A stretch of 64,000 bases of DNA, from NCBI GenBank assembly GCA_032718475.1, contig JAUCBJ010008798.1, forward strand, positions 114,041 through 178,040, in the 5' to 3' direction. Positions 1 through 13,529 of this stretch are shown here, piece by piece. Source of the stretch: Nemertoderma westbladi. Its lineage: Eukaryota > Animalia > Xenacoelomorpha. How positions within the stretch are numbered: position 1 is the first letter of the stretch; each line of letters begins with the position of its first letter. Both the position numbers and the translations under genes were made by a program. The notes beneath the pieces are model-generated. The model did not search any database. It was given only the letters and a program-made list of their open reading frames with translations, and was not told the origin of the DNA.

Positions 1-220
1 GTCGACTACGCTTTGCCCAGACATAGTGAGTGCGAAACAAAACTTAATCAGGTGAATTTACCAAAAGAAAATGATTCTTCTGGTTCAGATATATTAATAT
101 TTCAATAAAAAAACATTAATCAAAGTTAAATTAATTTAATACTTCAATTAGGCCTACAAATTTTGAATTATAAGGTCGTCAGTCGTCTAGTCTGTATGTA
201 TACCTATACCGGTAGCGGCA

Positions 221-1397
221 CCGTAATTCGGGGTGACTTGATACAGTTTTTGCCTTTAACTGTGAATATCTTCTGAAGTTTTTATCCTACACAGGTGGAA
301 TAAAAAGAAAATTTTATAGTCGGGATGAGTACTAAACCACTAGACTAAAGCACTATTTCAGGTGCTTAGTCTAGTGGTGTTTTTTTCTTAAAAACCAGAC
401 CACCCCACATAATGGGGTGACTTGATACACAAGCAAATTTTCCGCAATAATACCACTCTGTGAATGAGTTTGGACCATGTTGTAGGCTGTGGGGGTGACT
501 TGATACATCTTGGAAATTTTAAAAAAAGAACGAAGATAACGGGGATAAAAAATTATGGCTACAATTAAAAATAACTCCATTTTTTATGGCAAAATATTTC
601 ATATTTAACAAGTTAAATTGCACTTTAAAAACGAAAAAGACCTTCATTGTATAGTGACATCCTGACACCAGTAAGTAAGACATTACATTTTAGAAAAAAC
701 TGGAAACTAAAACAATGAATTTAAGCACAAATTTTGCAAATTTAAGGTTTAAGTAAAGATAAAATATTTTAGAAAATTTAACATATAACAATATTTAACA
801 AGTTAAATTGAAGTTTAAAAACGAAAAAGACTTTCATTGCATTGTGACATCCTGACACCAGTAAATAAGACAAAACATTTTAGAAAAAACTGCAAACTAA
901 ATCAATGAATTTAAGCACAAATTTTGCAAAATCAACGTTTAAGTCACAGTAGTCACAGGTATCAGAACATTTTCGCCTCCAATATACCGTATATATGTAT
1001 CAAGTCACCCCATTTTGAGATACACTTTCAAAAAACGGGCACTCCACCCCCAATTGCAATTCATATGAAAATTTGTAAATTTTTTTAGGATCATAATATT
1101 CAAACTCATCTATTAGCATCTGTAAAAATAATTTTTGAACAACATTAACCCAAAGTGTCAAAAATTCGACCTATATTTTGACATTGAAAAAAAGTGAATT
1201 TTTGAACAATGCATTCTTGGCTCTAGTGATCACAAATGCGAAGCAATGACAAAATTTATTTTACTATTTGATAGACAATTTATTCAGACATCTTCTAATA
1301 TTTCAATTTTTATCATAACATCACGCAATCACCCACAATCCGTTAAAGAAAAAAAATATAACTTGCTGTATCAAGTCACCTCAATGTATCAAGTCAC
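221..1397. mobile_element. Non-autonomous DNA transposon remnant (pogo/Tc1-mariner-like terminus), right end eroded
   Basis: Starts CCGTAATTCGGGGTGACTTGATACA. GGGGTGACTTGATAC recurs at ~230, ~414 and ~492, and inverted (GTATCAAGTCAC) at ~998, ~1368 and ~1386. Internal ~190-bp direct duplication (601 vs 791). No transposase ORF. Confidence 0.6.
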
Positions 1398-2083
1398 GTA
1401 CTGATATTGGGCCTAACCCTAAACCCATTCAGCCTTGGCCTTTGCTGTATTCTGGTATTGGATAACGCTGTAAATGTGTGGTGTACTGGTTATGATATGC
1501 TTATCTGCTTATAGCAAGCATTAGGGATTAGGGCCAATCTGCAATACTGCAATAGTAGGGTTAACTCTGTAACTCGCCAAATTCCGGCCACCAAGCACTT
1601 CCGGACAGGGTGTTCAAATTATGGACAATTAGCCTTACGACAGTCTGACAGTACGATATTTATTCCCTTATGTTTCCTGTCCTATTCAAATTCCGGACAA
1701 TGTTGACCTTGACAACAACAACAACGCAGTCTCGCTACCGGTACGAGCAGTTGCGGGAGAAGTTCTATTTTCGAGTGAGTTTAAATTTCAACTTTATTTT
1801 ACTACAGTACTACCGCAGACCGGCAGTCAGGCAGATGCCTAACAGCCTAAAGGCTAGGCTACTGTTACCGGATGCCTTGCCTACTGTCCTACAAGTCTAC
1901 AACACAAAAAAAACGCGAGCGAAGGCTGGAAGGGAGAGGAATTTTTTAACTGATAAAAATCTTGGTTGGATGAAAATCACAGCCTGATGCTGGTGTTTTC
2001 AAATTTGGTGTCTGTAGGCCGGTTCAGGTTTTCAAAAGTTCGCACCATCTGATCTGACTGTCTGACCATCTGACCATGCATGG

Positions 2084-4659
2084 GGGTCCTACTAATTACC
2101 CCAATCTACCCCAACCTACCACAAACTACCACAATCTACCGCAATCTACCCCAACAATTCGATAGAGGCATCTAATTACCACAATATTATTTTACATTGG
2201 CATCTAATTACCACAATATACAGAACTCAAGTGTCTATTTACCACAAGACTACACTGCATCTAATTACCACAATATTATTTTACTTTGGTATCTAATTTC
2301 CACAATATACAGAACTCAAGTGTCTATTTACCACAAGACTGCAAGACTACACTGCATCTAATTACCACAATATTATTTTACAATGGCATCTAATTACCAC
2401 AATATACAGAACTCAAGTGTCTATTTACCACAAGACTACACACTGCATCTAATTACCACAATATTATTTTACACTGCGTCTAATTCTGTAATTACCACCA
2501 TATACAGAACTCGTGTCTATTTACCACAAGACTACACTGCATCTAATTACCACAATATTATTTTACAATGGCATTACCACAATATACAGTACGGTAGTTA
2601 TTAATACTCAGTGTCTAATTACCACAAGACTTCACTAACGTATAATACCACAATATACAGAACGCAAGTATCTAATCACAACAATATTATTTTTTAGGTT
2701 TGACAAATATATTGGAATGACAAATCTAAACGCTCAATCGAAGTACGAATTCATTGATGTGTCTCTATTATTTGTACCTTTGTGGCTAATGGGCTTGATA
2801 ATGGAGCTGATTATTCGTTGATTCGCTACTGATGACTGTAATGAGTATTAAAAAATACTCCTAATGAAATTTAACTTAAGAAACTAAATGTTATTTATTG
2901 TCTTACAAAACTAAATGTTTTATTTCTTATTTAATATACATGTTGTACAGTATGTCGTTTATTTACTTGTCATTTATGATTTCATCACATAAACAAATAC
3001 ACAAATGTTTTAATAATTTTATGCTTCACTAACTACAATCATAATCTTTAAAACACCCACCAACTCTGATATTACTTAATTCTATTTACCTTTTAACTTA
3101 GGCCTATCTGTGATCTCTGATGCTATTCGGTGATTGTCTTACATGACTTTATAATTGATAAAATTTAATTTAACGAGCGCAACTAGGCTAATGAAGGATA
3201 AGAGTATTGTAAAACTAAAAATTTCATACTTAACTTAAATAGCCTTAATTAGAAGGTTTACAAATGGCAATTAAAGTGTGTAAGGGCAAACTGAAATGGA
3301 TCTCTATTTTTACAACTAGTTTATCACAAACTGATAGCATCGCCTTCACTCATATATATTTTAGGAAAGACAGTTTTCGTACTGTATGCTAATAGAGCTA
3401 ATATTAGTATAATGTACTTTCTAATATAGGCTCACTTGCTGTGCGAAGGCATCACAAACTTGTAAATGTTGCTTATGATATAAATATCATTCTCCACTGC
3501 CAATTGTCATATGTCCTACAGTAAACTGTGCCCACATATCCCAGAGCACAACAGAACCCTTGCCCTTGGAATATATTTACAAGCCCTGCCCAGCAGACTG
3601 ATCAATGCCCGTTCAGAAAATGTACTGTACTTTATTTTATTTTTTCAATTATAATTTTAGCTTTTGCCAACAATTCCCTCGACTGTAAATTTGTATTTTA
3701 TTTTATTTATTAATGTTTGTGTGTAATTAAATTTTATCAATTATAAAGTCATGTAAGACAATCACCGAATAACATCAGAGATCACAGATAGGCCTAAGTT
3801 AAAGGTAATTCGAATTAAGTAATATCAGCGTTGGTGGGTGTTTTAAAGATGATTGTAGTTAGTGAAACATACAATTATTAAAAGCATTTGTGTTATTTGT
3901 TTACGTAATGAAATCGTAAATGACAAGTTAATAAACGACATACTGTACAACATGTATATTAAATAGGACAATAAATAAGATTTAGTTTCGTAAGTTAAAT
4001 TTCATTAGGAGTATTTTTTAATACGCATTACAGTCATCAGTAGCAAATCCACGAATAATCAGCTCCGTTATCAAGCCCATTTGCCACAAAGGTACAAATA
4101 ATCGAGACACATCAATGAATTCGTACATCGGTTGAGCGTTTACATTTGTCATTCCAATACATTTGTCAAACCTAAAAAATAATAATGTTTTTGATTAGAC
4201 ACTTGCGTTCTGTATATTGTGGTAATTAGACATTAGTGAAGTCTTGTGGTAATTAGACACTGAGTATTTAATAACTACCGTACTGTATATTGTGGTAATT
4301 AGATGCCATTGTAAAATAATATTGTGGTAATTAGATGCAGTGCAGTCTTGTGGTAAATAGACACTTGAGTTCTGTATATTGTGGTACTTAGATGCCATTG
4401 TAAAATAATATTGTGGTAATTAGAGGCAGTGTAGTCTTGTGGTAAGACACTTGAGTTCTGTATATTGTGGTAATTAGACGCAGTGTAAAATAATATTGTG
4501 GTAATTAGATGCAGTGTGTAGTCTTGTGGTAAATAGACACTTGAGTTCTGTATATTGTGGTAATTAGATGCCATCGTAAAATAATATAGATCGGTAGATT
4601 GTGGTAGTTTGTGGTAGGTTGGGGTAGATTGTGGTAGGTTGGGGTAATTAGTAGGACCG
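2084..4659. mobile_element. Foldback-type (Mutator-like) non-autonomous element with ~1-kb inverted arms
   Basis: Left arm 2084-3170 is the reverse complement of right arm 3725-4659. Arms carry tandem CTAATTACCACAA sub-repeats. Flanked on both sides by CCATGCATGG (2074-2083, 4660-4669), consistent with a 9-10 bp TSD. ~550-bp non-coding spacer. Confidence 0.85.
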
Positions 4660-4836
4660 CCATGCATGGTATCTGGCTGTCAGACTGTCTGGCATCCACC
4701 AGTCCAGTCTTACCACAGTCTGACAGTACCAGTTAGGAACACTGGTCACTTTCTGGCTGGAGCTCAGCCACAAATTATCCACATATGCATATTTACAGCC
4801 AGAAAGTGTCCATGCAACCACTATTTGTCCTTACTA

Positions 4837-5355
4837 ACTCCACCTATGACCTACTGGCTCCAGAAGTCGAGGAAATCCTGCCAAGTACCTAACTGATCTA
4901 GACTTTGCTGATGACTTAGGAGTACTCTCAGAATCACTAGAGCAGCTCCTCAGCTCATTAGAACATGCTGCTTCTAGTGTTGGTCTTTTTATTAACTCCA
5001 GAAAGACCAAAATTTTGACAGTTAACTTTGAAAGTCCTCAGCAAGTCTCTAATCGGATGAGCATAAGCTCAAAAGATGGTATGCTTGAGCATGTGGATGA
5101 CTTATGTTACAGTGTTACCTGGGATCATGGATCCGGAAGTCAGGTGAGGACCTTCGAATACGTAAGGGAAAGGCATGGGCAGCCTTGAATTGTGAATAGG
5201 CTTTCCAGGATGTGGAAGTCACCGAGAATTAATCGAAAACTTAAGGTCCGATTATTTAGAGCAGCAGTAGTTCCAGTACTCCTCTATGGGAGTCCACGCT
5301 GGGCTCTAACTGCTGAGGACACCAAATCTCTGGATGGCACATTCACAAGAATGCT
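4837..5355 (+). mobile_element. Degenerate RTE-like LINE fragment (RT C-terminal part)
   Basis: Near-identical to the reverse complement of ~43785-44290. Encodes YLTDLDFADD and LFRAAVVPVLLYGS, with indels. Confidence 0.85.
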
Positions 5356-6419
5356 ACTCCTGCCAGGTCCAGCATGTACCATATGTTAATGACCCTGATA
5401 AAGAAGAGGTGATGTATGGATATGGAACATGCAGACATGGCAGATGGGTGGGGCATGGCCTTTGCTTCATAATTTTATATATATATATGGCCAGGTCATG
5501 ATTGCATTGGATGTCTGGCTGGGATATTAAAATAGTCTGCGAGGATGTTGCACATTGTTGTAACGGAGGATCAGGTTTAGATCTATACATAAGTTTAAAG
5601 CACATTATCAAATTGAACTTTAATTGATGTATACTGCAGTAGGTAGTGGTTCCAAGTTCCAACTTTAGAGTCTCCAGTCTGCCAGTCGTATAGATCACGT
5701 CAACCTTTGCAGCAACATTTGTCTAGAAATGGGCTCCAAGAGTCCAAACTGTGGAAGAATGATGGTACAGTATTCCAATTGACAGATAGAGCTAGGGCAG
5801 GCGAATAGGCCTATTACAAAAGTCTTCATCAGGCTGTCAGGAGAGGAATGGCTTCATTTGATATACAAAGTTTTAAAGAGGACATCAACAACCAGAAAAC
5901 ATATTTTTTTCCGAAGATGTGTGATATGAATGACGAACAGAACAGATGAATGCCAGAATATGTAAACTTCCAAATTCTGGAATTGATTCAACATCTACAA
6001 GAAATAGTAGGCCTTCCTGAGTCTGTGACTGTGCATCTGTGTGAGCTTGAATCTCACAACAGTGAGGATTTGGTCTACTGTTCTTCTTACCAACAGTAAG
6101 GCTGTAAGGATAGCGAATTTCTCTAGTCTTCTGCATTTTTCTCACCAATCACTAACGGAGTTAACAATCATTAAAGTTATTGACTGTATGTTGCTGTGCT
6201 GTAAGGTTAAGCCTACCCTGCATACATGTCATGTCACAGGTTACACTGGTCAGCCATTCTCACCAAGCTCTATCTATAAGCACTAAGCAGCAGTACCGGT
6301 ACTGTTGCAAATTCTTCCCTGCCTGCCTGCAATTCCCTTCCCTTCCCTTTCCCTTCCTATTATTATTATATTATTATATATTATTATTATTATATTATTA
6401 TTATTATAGTATTATCAGA

Positions 6420-6570
6420 TTATACATTACAATTCATATCCCGTACCTGTGTTATTTTCGTGTATTGCATAAATAAAATTGTAACCTATGTTATTGAGAT
6501 ATCGTTTATTGTTTTGGTTAGAAAAGCCCACCACTGTAACCTGCCTGCCTGATCCTTTCCGTTAATGAAG
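6420..6570. repeat. Dispersed repeat (inverted copy at ~12835-12985) carrying the fixed-spacing core motif
   Basis: TTCATATCCCGTACCTGTG...TATGTTATTGAGAT...TCCTTTCCGTTAAT matches the reverse complement of the 12.84-12.97 kb sequence. Confidence 0.7.
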
Positions 6571-6772
6571 AAATCTAGGGAGAAATCTGGGGAGTGTTCT
6601 CAGCCTAGGCTGAGAAGACTGGAGAGTCCTATTTGGCGGGGAGTTATCTCAGCCTGTCACACCGGTCTACTGTAGTACGAGAACTGAATGGACCCCGCTA
6701 GTCAGCTAGTGGGGGCTTACTTTTATGTTTAGCTCTGCCTTTTCTGTAGTAGTAGTAGAGTAGTCCTAGCAC

Positions 6773-7281
6773 GGGTTTGTCTTTTTACCGTATGTGTACG
6801 TATTTGGGGGTATTTGAAAGAGTTCCCGTAGCCTACCGCGTTGTCTACCGTATGTGGGACGTATTTGCCCGTATTCAGGAAGCAGAATCAGTGGGCTGCT
6901 TACCGCTAACGGTACTGTACCTGGCAACCTGGCCTGTTTTAAGTGTTTTTATACTACGTGTTCTATGCTCCCGGTACAAGGCGACCTTTACTAACGTAGT
7001 ACTAACTAACGTTAGTAAAGGTCGCCTTGTCCCGGTACCAGGGATTTGGAAATTCTCTGCGATTTTTTTTTTTTTTTTTTTTCAAGGATATCATTTAATA
7101 TTATTTTTCATTATTATGAAATAATGGTAATAATTATTATGAAATGATGATAATAATTATTATGAAATATAATGATAATAATTAATATGAAATAATTATA
7201 ATAATTATTATGAAATAATCATAATAATTATTATACTGTTCGATGATGGCTGAAAGTTGAATTGCCCCTCCAGTGTAATCA
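6773..7281 (+). repeat. Left arm of a long inverted repeat (partner 11027-11592)
   Basis: GGGTTTGTCTTTTTACCGTATG...CCCCTCCAGTGTAATCA, with an internal ATAATTATTATGAAAT-type tandem array. Confidence 0.85.
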
Positions 7282-7940
7282 ACGAGCAGACGATAAAGGA
7301 CGATTTAGTTTCTAACACTAAAGGTGCCCGCTATATTGTATGTTCTTTTTAAATACAAATACGACAAATAATGACATTTACTGTAGTTATGTGTTATACT
7401 TAAAAATCGCGTGTTGACGTTTCGGTAATTAATAAATAAAATAATTAAACTGATTGTTATTGATAAAATAGGAATGTGAATAATATCAAAATAACCGTAG
7501 GGGCAATATTCATCATTGTTTTATAAAAAGGTATGATACTGTAGGTATACTTTGCGCATGTAGGCCTACTGTGCTTTTTAAATAACTACAGTATAGTTAG
7601 TACATACGTACATTCAAGTAAATCTAGTATAACACGAAGAGGGGCCTTCGCGCAGCACGTGATATGAACTTATGTTAAGTGTCAACTCGAAAGAAATATT
7701 TGCAAAATGTAAACATGTCCCCTAGTCACAATAACACCTAGAGGCTGGTTGAGTAATTGCAATCGATTTAAGACTTCACAATAACTCAGTCTGAGGTCTA
7801 GAATATATATAAATGTAATAAGAGGTCTAGAATATATGTGAATGTAAAAGTAAAAAAGCAGGCCTACATTTTCTTCGACTATTAGGCCAGGGATTAGGCA
7901 CAAAGTCTGGCGACTTATTTCCAGTGCGGTCCCCCAGAAC

Positions 7941-8117
7941 CCAGGCTGCAAATGGAGTGCATAAATCGCAACGCGTTGTGCGCGGTTTTGAAATAGTATA
8001 TATTCAGTTATATAGTAGTATATGAAATATTCCATGCGCGGTATATTATTAGATATTGCGCGGCTGAAAAATTGTGCGTGGGCGTTGTGCGCGGTTCAGT
8101 GGTGGTTTGCCGCCTGG
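7941..8117. mobile_element. hAT-like MITE (177 bp)
   Basis: 12-bp TIR CCAGGCTGCAAA / TTTGCCGCCTGG (11/12 match). 8-bp TSD CCCAGAAC at 7933-7940 and 8118-8125. Confidence 0.8.
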
Positions 8118-11026
8118 CCCAGAACTATACTCCTCAGAGTAAACTTCAGGACTAATTTAAGGATGCAAGGCAGAGATGCGCCCTGGCTGTTCCCTTTAAA
8201 GCATTTCGTACCGAAACTAAAACTGCCCTGGCCCATGCGTAGATTGTACCCACGACCTACTACAGTACTAGAGATGTGAATTCTATGCAATTCGCTCTCT
8301 AGCGGAAGACAAGAGAACTATAGACTGGTTAACCCCCTTTGAATGTCACAGCTAATGGTCTAGTACAGTACCGCTTTCAAATAACGTCGTATTGGATCCT
8401 AATAGGATCCTATTAGGATCCAAGTCACTGATTCACTACTATTGGAGTTATGATTTAATTGGAAATGAAATTTAGCCCAAATTACAGACTTGGAGGCACT
8501 TAGGATTTGACTTGGCTTTCATTTGGAATTTACTTGGAAATCGGCGCTTACTTTGATGTCTGGAAGGTGGACTGACTCAGTCTATGCTTGTGCTGGTCTA
8601 CTTCTTCTCTATCCTGTCAATCATTAAGTTGTATAGAATGGACTATACTCAGCATAAAGTTTGCGTAGTGTTCAGTTCATTACATAGAGGTATGGATATC
8701 GATGGAAGATTACACTCCTACTGTACCTTGTATTGCCAGCCTCTGACGTAAATAATATTTAAAATATAAACTCTAATAGATGAAATCCACACACATCCGC
8801 ACATTAGTTAACGTCCGTGGGCTGGTGGGCTCTGGAATAAATTAAAATCGTATTGAACTTACAAATAAATGTAGGATCACACACTGTATTTATTACTATT
8901 GAACATATTTAGAGTAATAAAGAGTTTGTGTAATTATTAATAGAATAAATATTAGTTTATTTTCATTTATTACAGTAGTTTAATTAATAATTAGACAGGG
9001 GCTAAAACTGGGCGACTAAATAAATGTATGTAATATTGAATGCTATATTTGCTACACCCACAAAGCACATTACACTCTCCAAGCAGATTCCGTAACATGT
9101 CACAATCCGTATCGCTACCACTACGAAAAATAAATGACATAACATCATACAGGAATTAACAGACCCTTATGAGTTTAGTGGCGGTTTGTAACAAACTTAT
9201 CCTCTTGGCATATTGATATTAATATTAATTATAAATTATATTTATTATAACATTGAAATTGTAAAATCGCCAGATCTAAAAAGTTCGCACAATAATAATA
9301 ATTAATAAAAGTTTGACGTCCGAATACAATCAGATTACGCTTTAGCAGCCCAACTACTTGTTGAGGCTCACTCAACGTGTTGGCGGACCTATTTTACACA
9401 AGCGGCGTTACCTTTACCGTATGGTAGTTAATGTGTCCAGATGTTGAGTTAAAGCTAGTAGGTGTACTTTGCATATTTAACATTAGCCTATGGGGAGTAT
9501 CGTTGTTGTAAGATAGGTCAGGGGAAGGGAAATACAACTCAACCACTAGACAAAGCGGCTCTCTTTAACACTTTCAGCTATCCCGGGAGGTTGACTGAAA
9601 CTGAGGGGACTGTTTTACATACGGTCATTTAATTTGGCTTAATTGTAAAGATTAAAAATAATACTTTAATTATAACAGAAAGTTTTTATGTTTCAAGAAA
9701 CTGCTATTCGCGTGTCATTTATCCCCCTGTCATTTAGCTTTAAATCATTTACGTAATGATGTGTCATTTAAACTCATTAACATAATAATAGTTATACGGC
9801 ATAGCAACTGGTCTGGTCGTCATGCTGTCTGTCATGGCTTTTCAGTAAATTTAATAATATTTATATTAAGAACAGTTATTCTTAAAAACTAGTACTATAG
9901 GCCCTACTACCATGGAATCATAACAACAACAACAGGTATTGATAACATAAAAGTATTGCAAAAGGACAGTAGGCAAATTTCAATTCATGTCATTTAAATT
10001 AAGGGACGTAAAATTTAAATGTGCTTCCGTTTTTTAAATAGCTTATTTACAAATCGGCTATTTCCATTTAGTTAAATGTCGCTTCGTGGAACAATCCCCC
10101 ACCCCACACCATGGTATATTATTTTATAAACGGCCACATTTTGAAATTGAACTAATTATGGTACTGGTACATTATTAAATACACTTTTTTGATTTATTGA
10201 AAGTAAAAAAAAAACGTTTTTTTGTTAAAAAAAATTAATGTTCTAATTAATTACATTTCAAAGTAATTTTCATGGTATTAATAATAATATTGAATTAAAA
10301 TACATAGCCACCCACAGGTTATTTAGTTGTGACTCGGCAAGACAAGCTACGCAATATCCAATCACGTTGGTCAGTGTACCCAGAAAAAATTACATAATTC
10401 ATTATATTACATCAGAGTCAGAGTGCCTATCTTATTTATGCTATCTTTCATTGGTATATATTGAACCCTGCTTGACAGGCAAGGCACAGCGACGTCGTCT
10501 AATCAAAGCACAGAAACCAAGGCAGGAGCCAGTGGGCGCCCCCCCTGCAGTGGTCAATTGGGCTCCATTTCATTGCTTTACATTACAGACTATTAAACTG
10601 GTTGAGAGATTATATAATATAGGCCTAAGTAATAAGCTGGCTTTCTAAGAACATTGTATGATATTATGATGCCTTATCATGGGGGCGGGGGGGGGGGGGG
10701 GGGGGGGGTGCCTGAGGGAATTATTGGTAGTGTGGCTGGAGGCCTGGCTACAACACTTTGATGGGGTATATGGTCTCCTTTCTACTACTTATTTTCTTTG
10801 GCAACCTGCCTGGGATAATGTGGATTGTATCTGGTCTGGGGTCGGGCTCCTTTCCAAAGCAACTTCAACTTCGAATATTTTCTAATATTCGGTTTATTGC
10901 ACTTGTCATTATAATTTTTTTAATTTAACGGAACTTGACGATGGCAAAATGCTCTCAGAGTTAGTGTAAGTTGGAATCTCCACGGTAGGGTCCCGGGACC
11001 CTGGGACCCTACCCTCGCTACGCTAG

Positions 11027-11592
11027 TGATTACACTGGAGGGGCAATTCAACTTTCAGCCATCATCGAACAGTATAATAATTATTATGATTATGATTATA
11101 ATTATTTCATAATAATTATTATCATTATATTTCATAATAATTATTATCATCATTTCATAATAATTATTATGATTATTTTATAATAATTATTATCATTATA
11201 TTTCATAATAATTATTATCATCATTTCATAATAATTATTATCATTATATTTCATAATAATTATTATCATCATTTCATAATAATTATTACCATTATTTCAT
11301 AATAATGATAAATAATATTAAATGATATCCTTGAAAAAAAAAAGAAAATAAAACTCGCAGAGAATTTCCAAACCCCTGGTACCGGGAGCATAGAACACGT
11401 AGTATAAAAACACTTAAAAAAAAACAGGCCAGGTTGCCTTGTCAGGTACAGTACCGTTAGCGGTAAGCAGTGCACTGATTCTGCTTCCTGAATACGGGCA
11501 AATACGTCCCACATACGGTAGACAACGGTAGGCTACGGGAACTCTTTCAAATACCCCCAAATACGTACACATACGGCAAAAAGACAAACCCC
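11027..11592 (-). repeat. Right arm of the long inverted repeat (partner 6773-7281)
   Basis: Reverse complement of 6773-7281 with a longer AT-rich tandem array. Ends ~55 bp before the GLO1 ATG. Confidence 0.85.
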
Positions 11593-11647
11593 TGAAACTG
11601 TACTGTCTGACTGTACTGGTACCTGGGTACGGTACACAACACACACC

Positions 11648-12069
11648 ATGGCAAAACCACTTTCCTCTTTCATTGGATTATCCGACGACGATGTCAAGTC
11701 ATTATGCGTGGAGCCGGATGAATCAACCGTAGAATTCATCATGCAACAGACTATGTACCGCATAAAAGACCCCCGTAGATCGCTACCCTTCTACACTGAG
11801 GTCCTGGGGATGCGTTTGCTGCACAAAGGGGATTTCCCTTCCATGTCTTTCTCCCTGTACTTTATGGGCTTTGCGAACCCCGCGGATATTCCTTCGGATA
11901 GGAAGAAGCGAATCGTTTGGTTGTGTCAGCAGAAAGGCGTCATCGAGTTGACGCACAATTGGGGGTCAGAGACAGACGATTCCGTTAGCTACCACAACGG
12001 TAACCAAGCGCCACGAGGGTTCGGTCATATTGGTTTAGCTGTACCAGACGTGGATGCAGTCTGCTCCAG
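11648..12069 (+). CDS. GLO1: Lactoylglutathione lyase (glyoxalase I), exon 1
   Basis: MQQTMYRIKDP..SL.FY..VLGM, ELTHNWG and RGFGHIG motifs. Donor AG|GTTAGT at 12069/12070 (phase 2). Confidence 0.95.
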
Positions 12070-12640
12070 GTTAGTGAACCACCTTCTAATATTACCGATA
12101 CCTGTTTATTTTACGTCGATTAACAAACCAAACAACGAAAATACAGAAATAAGTTCTGCGAAGTTCCTTAGTTTATATAGAATTATAAGCTGTTTGTTAA
12201 ATAACTATGGGACTGTACAGCTGTAGAGCGCAGCGATGGATGATTACATGGATAAACGAGTTTCTTTACACTTTAAATCGGAATAGTGAGCCATAAAATG
12301 ACCTACTTAACTAAAATAACTACGAAACTTATCGGCGTTCTAAACGCTTACCTTTGAAGGTCCTAACGAGAGAGCGTGGTAACTACTCTCGGGCAGGGCC
12401 GGATTAAGGGGGGGGGCACGGGCCACCCACCAAGAGGGCCATACATTTTAATATAATTATATGACTTTGAATTTTTCCCCAAATTACTGGTACTGCACAA
12501 ATCATTTGATTACTTGATAGTTTTCATTAAATTCCATTCTGTGCTGCTGGTGCACTTGTATTGAGACTTAATCTCCTGGGGCATCCTAGTCCATTATGTT
12601 TTGTAATCTATATTATTGGTTGTTTTCTGTAGGCCTATCC

Positions 12641-12692
12641 CAAGGCGTCCTTTAATACTGTATCCTTTAATAATGTATTAAAGGACGCCTTG
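12641..12692. mobile_element. 52-bp minimal hAT-like MITE in the GLO1 intron
   Basis: Perfect 18-bp TIR CAAGGCGTCCTTTAATAC. 8-bp TSD GCCTATCC at 12633-12640 and 12693-12700. Confidence 0.85.
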
Positions 12693-13302
12693 GCCTATCC
12701 TGTATGCTAGTTCAAACATCGTCTCAAACTGATAAAAATTGTTGGTTATCATTCATATGCGTACCTGTGGCAAAAGAAGCAGGTTACAGTGGTGGTGTTT
12801 TCTAACCAAAACAATAAACTAATCTCCATTACTTAATTAACGGAAAGGAGCAGGTTACAGTGGTGGGCTTTTCTAACCAAAACAATAAACAATATCTCAA
12901 TAACATAGGGTATTTCATACTTATTGTCTTATTTTTGCAATACGAAAATACCACAGGTACGGATATGAACTATAACTAAATTGTTCCCTAACCATACCGG
13001 ACCGATAGTATAAAAATCTGTTTAAAATAGGCCTAGGCCTACCAGTAGTGGATTGCAAGCAAATCATGTAAGCAGGAGTAAGTCCAAACTAGGGTTCAAC
13101 AGGAGGCACTTTATGGGGCCGATGCCAAACCGAAGCAAGGCAAAGTTCGGGCCGAACCGAACCGAATCCGAATCCAAACCTCAATTCAGAAAGTTACCAC
13201 ATTGTGGTCGTAATGTAATATTTACTTCACTATACTGGTATTTGGTCCGCGGACTGGCGTGCTGTATAATAAAAGCCAACAATTATTTTGTCATCCCTCC
13301 TC

Positions 13303-13529
13303 GGGGGAAACTGGACGCAATAAAAATGAATCCCTCTCCAGGGGAAATTCGACGCAAATAACAGCTGATTACTCTCAAAAATAAAACTGTAACCTGTTCT
13401 ATTGTGTTTAGTTTATTGTTTTGGTTAAAATAACGTACCACTGTAACCTGCTCCTTTCCCTAAATTAAGAATTTAACATTGAGGCGGGATATTAATTCGC
13501 CAAGATGGGATTTGCGTCCAGTTCCCCCC
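13303..13529. mobile_element. MITE with GGGG(A)AACTGGACGCAA termini; carries the core motif
   Basis: TIR GGGGAAACTGGACGCAA / TTGCGTCCAGTTCCCCC. A related copy lies in the opposite orientation at 42555-42748. Confidence 0.75.

Noticed and set aside
2383-4699. Short ORFs with NYHNI repeats; also duplicated ORFs at 6777 and 11269-11644
   Set aside because: Translations of foldback-arm repeats, not genes.
12070-12226. C-terminal 50 aa of the 192-aa GLO1 ORF
   Set aside because: Read-through into the intron; the true C-terminus is in exon 14165-14294.
12851-12889. Core motif as a V(D)J/Transib-type recombination signal (TACAGTG-13-ACCAAAACA versus CACAGTG-12-ACAAAAACC)
   Set aside because: The essential CAC is TAC, the GTG varies between copies, conservation extends well beyond heptamer and nonamer, the motif is internal rather than terminal, and no RAG/Transib ORF is present. 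Kept only as a curiosity.
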